From the NCBI GenBank assembly GCA_013416795.1, contig RQSC01000032.1, positions 579,704 through 643,703 of the forward strand: a DNA stretch of 64,000 bases, read 5' to 3'. The notes beneath the pieces are model-generated. The model was given only the letters and a program-made list of their open reading frames with translations. It made no database searches and was not told the DNA's origin. The position numbers were made by a program, and so were the translations under genes. Shown piece by piece: positions 23,436 to 35,602 of the stretch. The DNA comes from Prasinococcaceae sp. CCMP 1430. Taxonomy: Eukaryota > Plantae > Prasinodermophyta. Positions within the stretch are counted from its first letter, which is position 1; each line of letters begins with the position of its first letter.

Positions 23436-25700
23436 TCACGCCTCCTGCGCAACCTTGGACTCGGGCTTGGAGTCGTATGCGCCAATGCCGTTGAGCCACG
23501 GGAACTTCTCGTCTCGCATCGCCTCGAACTCGGTGATCGCGTCGTCCTGCTGCAGCGTAAGTCCGATGTCATCGAGGCCGTTGAGGAGGCAGTGCTTGCG
23601 GAACTCGTCAACGTCGAACTTGATCTCCTCGCCGCCCGGTCGGCGCACCACCTGCGCCTCGAGGTCCACCTCGAGTTCCTTGCCCTCCTCCGCGTCGGCC
23701 ATGAGCGCGCGCACGTCGTCGTACGGCAGCTTGATGGGCAGCATGCCGTTCTTGAAGCAGTTGTTGAAAAAGATGTCCGCGAAGGACGTCGAGATCACGC
23801 AGCGGATGCCGAAGTCGTTGATGGCCCACGGCGCGTGCTCGCGCGACGAACCGCAGCCGAAGTTGTCGCCCGCCACCATGATCTTCGACGACCGGTACGG
23901 TTCGCGGTTGAGCACGAAGTCGGGGAGTTCCTCGTTGGTTTCGGGGTCGTACCGCAGCTCGTAGAAGGCGCTCACGCCCAGGCCAGTGCGCTTGATCGTC
24001 TTCAGGAACTGCTTCGGGATGATCATGTCCGTGTCGACGTTCTGCAGGTCGAGCGGCGCCGCCACGCCCTTGAGCGTGGTGAACTTGGGCATGCCGCTGG
24101 CGCCCTCGACAGCGCCGGCGCCAGCCGTCGCCGGCTTGGGAGGCAGCACCACGGGCTCCAGGAAGGACTTTGAGTCCGTGGGCGCCTCCTCCATGGCCGC
24201 AAGCGAGTCGTCGTCAAGAAGCTCGCGCACGTCGGTGAGCGACCCGGTGACCGCCGCGGCGGCTGCCATGGCGGGCGACACGAGGTGCGTGCGCCCACCG
24301 TTGCCCTGCCTGCCCTCGAAGTTGCGGTTTGAGGTCGACGCGCAGCGCTCCTGCGGCAGCAGCTTATCAGGGTTCATCGCCAGGCACATTGAGCAGCCGG
24401 GCTCGCGCCAGTCGAAGCCAGCCTCGACGAGCACCTTGTCCAGACCCTCGGCCTCGGCCTGCTCCTTGACGAGGCCCGAGCCGGGAACGACCATCGCGTA
24501 CACGCCGTCAGCCACCTTGCGGCCCTTAGCCACAGCGGCGGCCTGCCGGACGTCCTCGATGCGCGCGTTGGTGCACGAGCCGATGAAGACCTTGTCGATG
24601 GACACGCCGTTGAGATCCTCCCCCGCGGTAAGACCCATGTAGTCGAGCGCGCGCTCCATGGCGGCGGCGCGCTCCGCGCTGGGCGCGTCCTTCGGGTCCG
24701 GCACGGTGCCCGTGATGGGCGCGACGTCCTGCGGCGAGGTGCCCCACGTGAGCGTGGGCGCGATGTCCGCGGCGTCGATCTGCACCTCGATGTCATACTC
24801 GGCACCCTCGTCGCTCGCGAGCGAGCGCCAGTACTCCACCGCGCGGTCCCATTCGGGGCCCACGGGCGGCGCCAGAGGCCTGCCCTTGAGGTAATCGAAG
24901 GTGATGTCGTCCGGGGCAACCATGCCCGCGCGCGCGCCGCCCTCAATGGCCATGTTGGACATAGACATGCGCGCCTCCATGCTCAAGCCGCGCACGGCAG
25001 AGCCCGCGAACTCGATGACGGCGCCGGTACCGCCGGCGGTGCCGATGATGCCGATGATGTGCAGCACGACGTCCTTGGAGCTCACGCCGGGCGCGAGCTG
25101 GCCGTCGACGCTCACGCGCATGTTCTTGGAGCGCTTCTGCAGCAGGGTCTGCGTTGCAAGGACGTGCTCCACTTCGGAGGTGCCGATGCCGAACGCCAGC
25201 GCGCCGAACGCGCCGTGCGTGGCAGTGTGCGAGTCGCCGCACACGCACGTCGAGCCGGGCAGCGTGAAGCCCTGCTCGGGCCCGATGATGTGCACGATGC
25301 CCTGGCGCGCGTCGTCGAGGCCGAAGTAGGTCAGGCCGAACTCTTTGACGTTTTCTTGCAGCGCCATCACCTGCGTGCGGCTGTCCTCCTCCTGGATGAA
25401 GCTCTCCACGGTGGTGAAGGATGAGCGGTCGCTGGTGGGCACGTTGTGGTCGACCGTGGTGAGCGTGCAGTCGCGCCGGCGCACCGGCCGGCCGGCGTTG
25501 CGCAGCCCCTCGAATGCCTGCGGCGACGTCACCTCGTGCACCAGGTGGCGGTCGATGTACAGCAGCGCGGTGCCATCGGGGCTCGTGTTGACCACGTGGT
25601 CGTCCCAGATCTTGTCGTAGAGCGTGCGCGGCGCGCCGTCCGCGCCGGCGGCGGCGCGGGCGGCAGCTGCGCAAGCGCTGCGCGTGCCGCGTGCCGTCTA
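23436..25700 (-). CDS. LEU1: 3-isopropylmalate dehydratase with large and small subunits fused (LEU1 type); N-terminal transit region approximate
   Basis: [51 protein letters not shown] (4Fe-4S Cys), then [24 protein letters not shown] and [12 protein letters not shown] in one ORF. Confidence 0.96.
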
Positions 25701-25865
25701 CGCGCGGCCAGCGTCTCGCCGCCATCAAATCGCATTCGGCGCGCGCACACATGTGAAGGCAGCACCGCCGCGCGCCGCCGTCGTGCAACGCAATCTCGGG
25801 CCAGCGGGCGAGGGCAGATCACGCGCACGCGGGACGTGGCGGTGACCTCGCACGCAATTGAACGC

Positions 25866-25875
25866 AAACCCTAAA
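25866..25875 (+). promoter_or_regulatory. Telo-box (AAACCCTAAA) upstream of LEU1; similar AAACCCTA at 9924 and 14253
   Basis: Exact plant telomere-type motif in intergenic, AT-richer DNA. Function inferred from known telo-boxes. Confidence 0.45.
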
Positions 25876-26310
25876 TATGTGCCCTTCGAAATTTCGCATT
25901 GGGGCGGGCGCATACGAAGTGACAACTGCACCATCAGATGTACTGTAAGGAGGCTTCGTACACACGATTCCCGTGGCACATGCGACCGTGGCGCGCCGGG
26001 CCAGGCGCCTCAGGCCGCGCCAAGACAATGCAAAGCAAAGAGATACTACATTGCCAGAGTGGCCAGCGGCGGCGGCCCGGCGGGCTGGCCACGCTTGCTG
26101 CGGGGCGGCCGGACGGACGGAGGCAAGAGCGCCCCGAACTCTCGGAGTGCGCGTGGCGCGCGCCCCACACTCGGGTGCCAATGCTGCCCGCTTTTCCGAA
26201 ATCGTGGCACAACACGACCTCGTCTCCCAATCATCCCAACCGAAGCGCAGAGCCGGGCTCCACACAGATCAGTTGATACTCGTCAGCACCTTCTCCACAG
26301 ACGCACGCCA

Positions 26311-28113
26311 TCACGTGATCGAGGAGGCCGCGCCCGGGGCCACCGAGGACGACTTGCGCCGAGCGGCGAGGAGCTCCCCCGCTGTCTCTAGCGATAGTGG
26401 CAGCGAGGAATGTCCGCGCGAAAATGCCCCCATCACGGCGTCGTGCACTCCAAGCGTCGGCATGCTGTCCTCAACCGTGCTGGCGTTGCCGTCTTCGTGG
26501 CCGCGCTCATCGCTCACGTTGAGGCCTGCCCCGGCGTGCGCCCCGACATCGTCTGTGCCGCCTCCCACCACAGGTGGTCCGCCGGAGAGGACCATGCTGC
26601 CATCGAAAAGGTATGTGGTCGGCCCATTTGTGTCCTCGTCAGCGAAGCCTGTGACGTCCACGCCGTTGCTGCGCTTCTCCACCTGAAGGTGGCCCACATC
26701 GTCCGTCAATTCGACGCTGCCGAGCGCCGCCTGGCCATGGCTGTCATTGCCAATGCCCGCCGCGGGCTGTGGGGGTAGCTGCGCGACGCAGCGACGCTTG
26801 TAGCGCGAGCGGCGCAGCGCTGCCGCAATGCACAGCATCGCGGACGCGCAGAGTGTGCCGCCGACCAGTGCAGTTGGTACGATCCACGCGGCGACGGTCG
26901 CGGACCCATGATCCGATGCTGAGCCCGATGCCTCGCTCGACTGCACGACGACGGTTGCGCCTGATAGCTCAGACAGCTCAGGAGGTGGCGGGGGCGGAGG
27001 CGCCATCACAGGCGGGGGCATTGCGTCTTGTGCAGGTGTTGGGGGTGGGGGCGGTTGCACCAAGCATTCGCCGCCGTCGTAGTCGAATTCAGAGCAGTTC
27101 AGGTCAATCGACGCAGCCCCGAACCTCACTGCCTCCGCGCCCCCGTCATCGCAAAGGCCATTCGTCGTCCACGCGAAGCGCAGAAAGTCGGGGAAGCATC
27201 GCCGTGCGCAATCGGCCGAGCTGCGCGCGCCTGCGGAGGTGCACAGCTCTTCGCCGTCGAGTCCCGGCTCTGAGCCACCCGCCGAGCCTGAGCTAGCGCC
27301 ATCTTGCTCCTGCTCTTGGTCGCCGCCGCCGCCAGCACCACTAGCGCTTCCAGCACTCGCGCTGGGCTGCCCACATGGCGGTAGTGCCGCCTCCACGCGC
27401 TGCGTAAGAGGCGCGTCCGGGCCGGCGATGTCACTGTGGTTACTGCCGTTTCCGCCTGCGGAGGCGAGCGTGCCGAAGCTTGCGGAAGTGATGCAAACGC
27501 TCTCTCGCGACGCATTGAAACCTGTCGCCATCTCCAGCAAAACAAGGACGGGTCCCGTTGTTGCCGGCTGCGACTGGTCCGCCGCTTGGGGCACTCCTCC
27601 CGCCGCGTCGTCGCCACCAGCCTGTGAGGAAGACGCTGCAGCCGCTGGCGTCGATGCCGGCGGGGGCGCATTGCTACTGTTGGTAGCCGACGCTTCTGCG
27701 TTCGGCGGAATTGGCTGCGACACCCCCGGCAGGCTCAACGAGGTCACCGTGCCTGTGGAGGGCTCGAACGAGACGAAGATCCGGCACGCACCAGCCAGCC
27801 CGGCACCTGCAAATGTAAGAGGTGCGGGCGCTGTGAATTGGGATGAGGGGGCAGCCGGGACGTCTGTGCCCTCGCTGTCCACCCCGAGTCCTCCCGCCGT
27901 GTCGGACTTTCGTACTGACACTACCAGGCTGAAGTTCCACACCGGCACCGTGCTCTGCATGGCCACGCCGATGACGCCCGAGTGCAGCTTGCCAGCCTCC
28001 TTCGAAGCTATGAAAGGGTTCAAGGAGAGCGCGATGGCGGCGACTTCCGCATCGCCGCCACTGGCCGCGCCCGACCCCGAAGGGGCTGGCAATGCAGACG
28101 TCGGCGACGACAT
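26311..28113 (-). CDS. Predicted single-pass membrane protein with an LNR/Notch-like Cys module
   Basis: CARRC...NGLCDDGG...CSEFDYDGGEC, Pro-rich stalk, TM AWIVPTALVGGTLCASAMLCIAAAL followed by RRSRYKRR. Confidence 0.5.
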   Translation of the reverse strand: MSSPTSALPAPSGSGAASGGDAEVAAIALSLNPFIASKEAGKLHSGVIGVAMQSTVPVWNFSLVVSVRKSDTAGGLGVDSEGTDVPAAPSSQFTAPAPLTFAGAGLAGACRIFVSFEPSTGTVTSLSLPGVSQPIPPNAEASATNSSNAPPPASTPAAAASSSQAGGDDAAGGVPQAADQSQPATTGPVLVLLEMATGFNASRESVCITSASFGTLASAGGNGSNHSDIAGPDAPLTQRVEAALPPCGQPSASAGSASGAGGGGDQEQEQDGASSGSAGGSEPGLDGEELCTSAGARSSADCARRCFPDFLRFAWTTNGLCDDGGAEAVRFGAASIDLNCSEFDYDGGECLVQPPPPPTPAQDAMPPPVMAPPPPPPPELSELSGATVVVQSSEASGSASDHGSATVAAWIVPTALVGGTLCASAMLCIAAALRRSRYKRRCVAQLPPQPAAGIGNDSHGQAALGSVELTDDVGHLQVEKRSNGVDVTGFADEDTNGPTTYLFDGSMVLSGGPPVVGGGTDDVGAHAGAGLNVSDERGHEDGNASTVEDSMPTLGVHDAVMGAFSRGHSSLPLSLETAGELLAARRKSSSVAPGAASSIT

Positions 28114-28422
28114 GATTCCCTCGCACACACGTCGCGGGCCTTCCGTTTTAATTTTTGCCCAGGCTGGCTGTCAGCCCCCTGGCAACCTCGGCGGCGGAGT
28201 CAGCGCCCGTCTGCTCCCCGTCGCCCGGCCACTCGCGCGAGAGGGCAGGTGGCTGGAGCGCCGCGGCGGGACCGTGCGCCGCGGCTACCGGCGCTGGGCG
28301 CAGCGGCGCGTCCGCTGCCGCCCGCCGGAGGGGCGCGAGCCGAAGCACGGTTGAAATTGCTGCTGCTTTCGCGAGTGACCGCCTCCGCCCTGGCCGGACG
28401 GCGCCGCATGATCATCACTCCG

Positions 28423-28925
28423 NNNNNNNNNNNNNNNNNNNNNNNNNNNNNNNNNNNNNNNNNNNNNNNNNNNNNNNNNNNNNNNNNNNNNNNNNNNNNN
28501 NNNNNNNNNNNNNNNNNNNNNNNNNNNNNNNNNNNNNNNNNNNNNNNNNNNNNNNNNNNNNNNNNNNNNNNNNNNNNNNNNNNNNNNNNNNNNNNNNNNN
28601 NNNNNNNNNNNNNNNNNNNNNNNNNNNNNNNNNNNNNNNNNNNNNNNNNNNNNNNNNNNNNNNNNNNNNNNNNNNNNNNNNNNNNNNNNNNNNNNNNNNN
28701 NNNNNNNNNNNNNNNNNNNNNNNNNNNNNNNNNNNNNNNNNNNNNNNNNNNNNNNNNNNNNNNNNNNNNNNNNNNNNNNNNNNNNNNNNNNNNNNNNNNN
28801 NNNNNNNNNNNNNNNNNNNNNNNNNNNNNNNNNNNNNNNNNNNNNNNNNNNNNNNNNNNNNNNNNNNNNNNNNNNNNNNNNNNNNNNNNNNNNNNNNNNN
28901 NNNNNNNNNNNNNNNNNNNNNNNNN
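28423..28925. other. Assembly gap (N run)
   Basis: Run of N. Confidence 1.
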
Positions 28926-29915
28926 AGGGCGGAGGATGCGCTGAGGCAGCTGCACGACGAGGGGCGCTACCAGCGCGACGTGTGGTGAGGTGCACGCGCC
29001 TCGGTACGTCGGGCGTCGCTGCTTGTATTTCGATTTCAATGGCCCGAGCATGTGGCATTCTTTCCTTGACGGTCGATCCGCCCACCCCCTCACCCTCTCT
29101 CTCGCGGAGGGCGGCGCGGGCGTGCGCGCGGCGGCGGACATTGAGTCGCGGCTGGCGGCGGCGGTCGCGGACGAGGATTTTACCCTCGCCGCGCGCCTGC
29201 GCGACGAGCTCAAGGAAATGCGCGCCGATGCGCAGATCGCGGTGCTGGAGGCGAACCTGGCGTTCTACGAGGTGCGCGCGCGCGCGCCCCCTTCCCACAC
29301 ACACCACACACCACACGCACCACACACAAAACGCACACACACACCCTCCGCCCGCGCGCGCGCACGCACTCCTCGGCTCCAGTGCTGACGCTGCGCCTGC
29401 GCGACGCTGTCGGGCGCCCCCCGTGCCTCACCCTCGGGCAGGCGTTCGCGAGTGGGGACCCGAACGCAATGGCCGAGGTGTGGGCGCAGTCGGCAACGGA
29501 CGCGCAGGTGGTGCACCCGGGCGCGGCGTGCATCGCAGGCTGGGCAGACGTGGACGCGTCCTGGAGGGCCATCTTCGGCGGCAACGGCAGCGGCGCGCCT
29601 GTGGTGTCCTCCATCGACGTCACGGATGTGCGCTGTGTGGTGCCCACCGATGCCAACAGCGCTGGTGGGGAAGTGCTGGCCTTCGTCACGTGTGTGGAGA
29701 ACCTGGCGGGCGAGGACGGCCGCGGCGTCGGCAGGGCCGTCGCCACAAACATCTTCCGGAGGTGAGGAGCGCACCGCGAGCGCGCGGCAGTGCGCGCATG
29801 CAGATGCAATCGCCCGCACAGCGCTGACGCCGCCGTGCCACCCTGTTCGCGCAGGGAGGACGATGGTGCGTGGAAAATCCTCCACCATCACGCAAGCCCG
29901 TTCATGCTGGGCTAG
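28926..29915 (+). CDS. UVR-motif plus SnoaL/NTF2-like domain protein; 5' end in the gap; four exons visible
   Basis: RLAAAVADEDFTLAARLRDEL (UVR), VLEANLAFYE|AFASGD...VVHPG...GWADVDASWRAIF...ATNIFRR|EDDGAWKILHHHAS. Confidence 0.8.
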
Positions 29916-30100
29916 GGCACGGCCTACTAGTCGGCGCCGTCCTGAGCTTGGTGCGCGCATGGGCGCGCGAGCGCACCCTCACTCCTGCGAGCTCGTTTGA
30001 ATTAATCGCCGCCGCTGTGCGATCTCAGTCTCGCATGCTACGGACTCCTACAGCGCGAGCCGTCACCGCGCCGCGGCGCGCCGCTGAGGCGCGCAGCATG

Positions 30101-31124
30101 TCACCTGTCGGGCAGGCCGTACGGGTACGGCACTCTTTCGGCGTGGTACCATATGCGCCCGACCCACTTTTCTGCCCCCGTGCCACCGTCGAAGAGCTCG
30201 CCCTCTGCAGCGCCCTCGCAGCGACGTGAGCACGAGGTGTCAGCGCACGGCGTGCATGCGCTCGCGGCCGCGCTCGCACTCGTGGGGAGCGCACGCAGCG
30301 CTCGCGCTGCGCCCGACCATGCTCTGTGCGCTCGTCGAATTGGCCGTCCGCCCCTGCCGGGAAAAAGAGCAGCGCCTGTCCCTTCTGCGGATCGACGTCC
30401 ACCCCGATGCGGCCGAAGCGCGTCCTGCCTCCGGCTCCGGGCGGCACGTCGTTGAGGTAGCACAGCAGCGTCGCCAGCGTCTGGCCACCCCTCGCAGCGT
30501 CCTCGTCCCCCGCTGCGCGGTTGGCATCGAAGTGCGGCGCGAGGCGAGCATTTTGCGCGTATCGTATGACCGTTGGTGCTTCGAACCTGTCGCTGCTCGC
30601 TCGCAGCAGCGCCTCGGCGCGCTCCACTAGAGCGTCGTCCCCCCCACCCTCCGCGCCGCCGTAGAGCGTCGTCGACTCGGATGTGCGCAACTCGGAGAGC
30701 CCGCGTCGCCTCCACGCGAGCCACGCGCCCACACCCACGCATGACACGGCCATGCCGGAGGCCCACGCTCCGAGGACGGCCCCAAACACATCTACTGCGG
30801 AAACGTCCCCCGCGCCCATCGCGCTCAGTCCGCTGTTGAGCGCGGGGAACGCGTACCACGCCGCCGGCCCGCCGGCCGCAAGAGACAGCAGCTCCTTGGC
30901 ATCAGCCGTCCAGCCCGCGTACGCGACAGGCGACCGCTCGAGGCCCTTGGCTCGCGCGGCAGCCACGAGGGAGTCGCATTCGGCGGGCGTGAGGAAGTCG
31001 TCGATCAGGTAGACGTCCGGGTCCGCGTGCACCTGTCGCAGGCCCGCGGCGCCCTCGTCGATACTGATGCGCTCGACGCGCGCCGCCGCTGGCGCGGCCG
31101 CTCGCGCGCGCACGCGTCGCTGTA
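30101..31124 (-). CDS. Prolyl-4-hydroxylase-like 2OG-Fe(II) dioxygenase; 5' exon unresolved; intron ending at 30317
   Basis: VYLIDDFLTPAECD, RTSEST, IRY...PHFD, TLLCYLNDVP..GGRTRF, PQKGQALLFF, TEH|EG...EKWVGRIW. Confidence 0.85.
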
Positions 31125-32536
31125 GGCAATTGCTGCAGATCTTCTGTTATTCACGTCTGTCGTTGTTTGTTAGCAGGGGGAAGACGTGACCGCCTGGTGG
31201 GGCTGGACGGGGAGGCGGAGTGTGTGGGTGGGCGGCCTGGGAGGCCAGGGAGGCGGGGCGGCAGGCGCCGGCGCTGGCCACAAACCCTCGGGTTACGGTT
31301 ACGAGTGAAAATGCTCCACCGCTGCATACGGTGGGGTTTTGTCAGGAAGGGTTCTCATGTACATTTAGAGTGAATGCTTTCTGACTGCCGACTCGGAGAC
31401 GAGCAGGTTGAGCTGCGCCGCAGGTCGGTGGCCAACGCCCGCGGGAGCTCGCGAGCGCCTGGCACCGAAGCGGAGTAGCACGAGGTGCACCGCCCCGGCG
31501 CACCCCGCCGCCCATGCCCTCGTCCCTGTCGTCGGTGTGGCTGCCTCCGCTGCTGCCGCCTCCCTCAAGCGCGCCGCGCCCGCGCGCGCGCCCGTGCGGG
31601 CCGGGGTCCTCAGGGCCGGCGAGCGTGCCTGTGCGGTTGGGGAGGCCGCATGCTTGCAGCCACCCAGCAATGGCACGCACGCTCGGTGCGGCGCCCAACC
31701 TGCCCGCCCCCTGAGTCGATGCACTGTCGAGGCTCGCTAGCACACGCCCGGTCGCTCGCCCGCGCGCTCGGGGGGGGGGCAGCAGCCACAACGTGCGCGC
31801 GTGCGCATGCAGCCGACTATGTCTATGCTCACTTGCACTGGCGTACCGGGGAACTGTCATACGTCGAGCGTGCTCTAGGGCTGGAGCGCCAAGGCGCATG
31901 CGCGGGCGCACGAGGGCGCGCGCCCTCGCACCCCTGCCGCCCGCCTCGTGTACCTCGCCCCTGTTGCCGTTACCGCCGTGAGTGTGGTGGTCGCCGAGGC
32001 TGCCGGCAGCGCCGCGCTGCGCGCCGCCTGCTTGATAGCGCCCGGCTGCTTCGTGGCGCAGTGGGCGGCCTCTTTTTTTCACTTTTTTTTTCGGGGGGGC
32101 CGCGCAGTCGCAATTTTTCCCATGAAGAGTCTCCCGTGGTCATTTTACATTACACATTACAAACAAGCGCATTGTCGCTCTGTGGCGGCGACAGGTCGTG
32201 GGCGCCGCGTGTGCGACAGCGTGCACTCATTCCGTACGCATACGCATGCATGTGGCGCGCCACAGAGCGCGCAGCAGGCGCGCCAGGGGTGGGCGGGGGT
32301 GGACGCAGGCGCGCGCGTGGTTGGGGGGGGAGTAGGTGGGTGGGGTTGGCGGAGGGGCTAGACGCCCCCCCGGGCGCTGCACGGCTGCGGGGCGCAGGGC
32401 CACCTCCGCGCCGCGCGCCCCGGGCGACCTCGCCGCGCAGGCCCTGTTCTCCGAACCCCTCCTTTTTTTTTTTAATCCGCGCGGCCAGCTCGCAAAGGCG
32501 CAGGCTGGTGCAGTGCGTGAATTCGAAGCGGGCGGC

Positions 32537-34587
32537 ATGGCCGACACGGCGGCTGTGCCCGTGCGCGCGTCCAAGCGCGCGCGTCGCCAGGCGAGCAAGC
32601 TGAGGTTCGCCGAGGAGGAGGTCGCCTCGAGGGACGAGGAGCGCGAGCTCATGCAGGCGCTCAAGATTTCGCGCCGCATGGCCGAGTCGGTCGCCAGCGG
32701 CGCTGACAAGAACTTCGACGCGCTCGTGGCGGCGCCGGTGTTCCATCTGACAGAGGAGGAGTTCGCGCTGGGCCCAGCGGCCTACGCCGCCTCCATCCGC
32801 GATAAGGCGGAGCAATACGGCATATGCCGAATCGTGCCGCCAGCCTCGTGGAAGCCCCCCACCGAGCGCCCGCCGGAGACGCGCAAGCTCGAAACCAAGT
32901 TCCAGGAGATCAATGCCATGTCTGAGGGCCACTTCTTCGGCGAAGGCAAGCTGTACACCGCCAGCGAGTACGAGGCGATGGCCAAGGCGTTCGAAAAGAC
33001 ATGGGACGAGAGCCATGCCAGGAGTAGCGGTGGGCGACTGGCGGCTGACGGCTCCGGGCTGTGCGAACCGCTCGGCGATGCCGAGAGGGCGCGCGCCTTC
33101 GAGAGGTGGTTTTGGGACGTCGTCGACACCGAGGCGGAGACGCTCAACGTCGAGTACGCCAACGATCTCAACACGGCGAGCGCCTTTCCCAAGAGCGGAG
33201 AGTACAGCACCCACCCTTGGAACCTCAACAACATCCCGCACCACGAAACAAGCCTGTTGCGATTCATGGGCGAGCAGGTGCCCGGCATCGACGCGCCGTG
33301 GGTGTACTTGGGCATGCGCTTCAGCACGTTTTGCTGGCACACTGAGGACAACTGGATGTATTCCATCAACTACAACCACACGGGCGCCCCAAAGCTCTGG
33401 TACGGCGTGCCCGGCAGCGCGGCGCCGCTGCTGGAGCGCGCCATGAAAGAGGCCATCCCGTCGCTGTTCGAGGCCGACCCCGCGCTGCTGCACAAGCTGG
33501 TGACGCTCATGCCGCCAACGCGCCTCAAGTCGTTCGGAGTGCCCGTGGTGACCACCCGCCAGAGGGCGGGCGAGTTCATCATCACCTTCCCGCGTTCGTA
33601 CCACGCCGGCTTCAATGAGGGTTTCAACATGTGTGAGGCGGTCAACTTCGCGCCAGTCGACTGGCTGCCTTGGGGTGGCGAGAGCCGGACAGAATACCAG
33701 AAGATCAGCAGGCCCAGCTTCCTGAGGTTCGAGGACATGCTCTTCCACTACGCCGCGTTCCTCAAGAACACGTCGCCGAACGGCATCGACAGCCACGTGG
33801 GCGACCTTATGGGGGCGCAGCTGCGAAACGTCCTGCGGGAGGAGACGCTCGGCCGTGAGGCCGCGTGCCGCGATGGCACCGTGCGTAGCCGGCGCGTGCG
33901 CGGCGCGCACTTGGGCGCGGACAGCGTGTGTGTGAAGTGCAAGACACCGCTGTGCATGTCCGCCATCGTTGCCTCGGAGTCCCTCAAGATCGGGGCGGGC
34001 GGACATAAGGTGAGGATGACCTGCGTGCAGCACGGCGCCGCGCTTAAGGTGCCGCCGGCCGAGCGCACGATGCTCTACACGCACGACCTCGGCGAGCTCG
34101 GCAAGGCCACCGCCGGCTTCTTGGGCGAGATCAAGCGGGACGGGCCAGAAAAAGGGCGAACACTGGACAATCTCAAGGTGCGACGCGAGCGACGAGCCCC
34201 CACGCCCTCGTGCGGTGCTACAAGGCCCGCACACGCGCCCCGCTCGCGCGCTTTCGCGGGACCTGTCGAGCTTCGTAGCTGACGCCGGCGTGCACGCGGC
34301 CGCCCGTGCCGCCTCCCTGCCACCCCATCCCGCCACAGGCTGGCGTGTCGCACTCGTTTCGAGTGGGCTGGCGCGCGCGTTCGGCGGCGTGGGTAGCTCG
34401 TGCGAGGGCTGCGCTCGAGCGCGGGGCTGGCAACGTGCGGGAGCTGTGCGAGGCGGCGGAGGAATTCGAATGGGGAGGGGCCGACATGCAAACCGTGCGC
34501 AACCTGGTCGCGCAGCTCAACGCCAGAAAAGCCGGCCACATCCACCCCGGAGCGCTGCCTGTGCCCATGGCGAGGCCGCGGCCCTAA
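32537..34587 (+). CDS. KDM5/JARID-type histone demethylase (JmjN, JmjC, C5HC2 finger, PLU-1-like end); intron 34178-34338
   Basis: APVFHLTEEEF...YGICRIVPPASWKP, PWVYLGMRFSTFCWHTED, KLWYGVP, FPRSYHAGFNEGFNMCEAVNFAP. Fe-binding HxE...H intact. Confidence 0.93.
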
Positions 34588-34736
34588 TACGGGGCGACGC
34601 GCGTCGCTCCAAGCGCATATGTGCGCTCAGGGCGGCGCTCGTGTGGCGTGCACATGCTCGCCACCACTGGCAACGCTTCCCCGTCGAGGCGCCACCGTTG
34701 ATAATTACACCGAGTTGCATTGCACGCGCGCGCTTG

Positions 34737-35600
34737 CTAGGTCCTGCTGGCGCGGCTGATCTGCGAGTAGGCCTCCCACAGCGCGATGGATGCACTGGTG
34801 GACAGGTTGAAGCTCCGGAAAATGTCGGTGTTGAGCATGGGCAGCCCGATCTTGCGTTCGTCACCGATGCGATCCTTGATGTCGGTGAGGCCGCACTCCT
34901 CGTTGCCAAACACCAGGACAATGTCCTCCTCGGGGGGGATGGCCGCAAAGTCAATGTCCAGCAGGGACTCATCGCCATACTTTGTGAAGAGGAGGCGCTG
35001 CCCCTGGGGTCCCCGCTCCAGAAAGTCGTCCCAGTCGTCGTACAACTTGGGCTCGACTGGCGGTGCCCACGCGCGAGCGTTGGGGAGAGGGAGTGGGTGC
35101 GCGCGCGCGCGCGTCAGCGCACGCGGCGGCGCGCTACTAGGAGGACGCATGCCCGCGGCCCGCGCGACATTCCGCGCCCGCGCGCCCGCGCACGCCTCAC
35201 CTGCGTCCCAGTAGTCGAGGCCAGCTCTGCGCACTTGCTTCTCGTCGAGGCTGAATCCGAGCGGCTCGATGAGATGCAGCTGCGCACCGAAACCCAGGCA
35301 TGTTCTGCCGATGTTGCCGGTGTTCCAGTGTATCTTGGGCGTGAAGAAGACGCAGTGCAGCCGCGGCGTCCCGTCGGGAGACACGACCTGCTCAACTCCG
35401 CGCGTGCCGTAGCCGAAGGGGCCCAGTCCGTCGCGGCGGATCTCCACGTGCTCGCGTTCTTCACCAGCGCTGGTGCCGGCGCTGGCGGAGCGGACGCGGG
35501 CGCGCGCCGCGCGGATGCGTCGCGTCCCCCGCACCGGCACACCGCCGGAGGCCATTCGTGCGCCCGCCGCCGCCGCGCGCGCGGCAGCTGCGGCAGCCAT
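34737..35600 (-). CDS. trmL: SPOUT tRNA (cytidine/uridine-34 2'-O)-methyltransferase TrmL with an N-terminal extension; intron ~35059-35199
   Basis: PKIHWNTGNIGRTC...LHLIEPLGFSLDEKQVRRAGLDYW, LVFGNEECGL, RSFNLSTSASIALWEA. Confidence 0.93.
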   Translation of the reverse strand: MAAAAAARAAAAGARMASGGVPVRGTRRIRAARARVRSASAGTSAGEEREHVEIRRDGLGPFGYGTRGVEQVVSPDGTPRLHCVFFTPKIHWNTGNIGRTCLGFGAQLHLIEPLGFSLDEKQVRRAGLDYWDAGEACAGARARNVARAAGMRPPSSAPPRALTRARAHPLPLPNARAWAPPVEPKLYDDWDDFLERGPQGQRLLFTKYGDESLLDIDFAAIPPEEDIVLVFGNEECGLTDIKDRIGDERKIGLPMLNTDIFRSFNLSTSASIALWEAYSQISRASRT

Positions 35601-35602
35601 AG

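Noticed and set aside
17513-25700. lysA and LEU1 as an amino-acid biosynthesis cluster
   Set aside because: Different pathways, separated by unrelated MATE and RPN6 genes. Expected by chance in a gene-dense genome.
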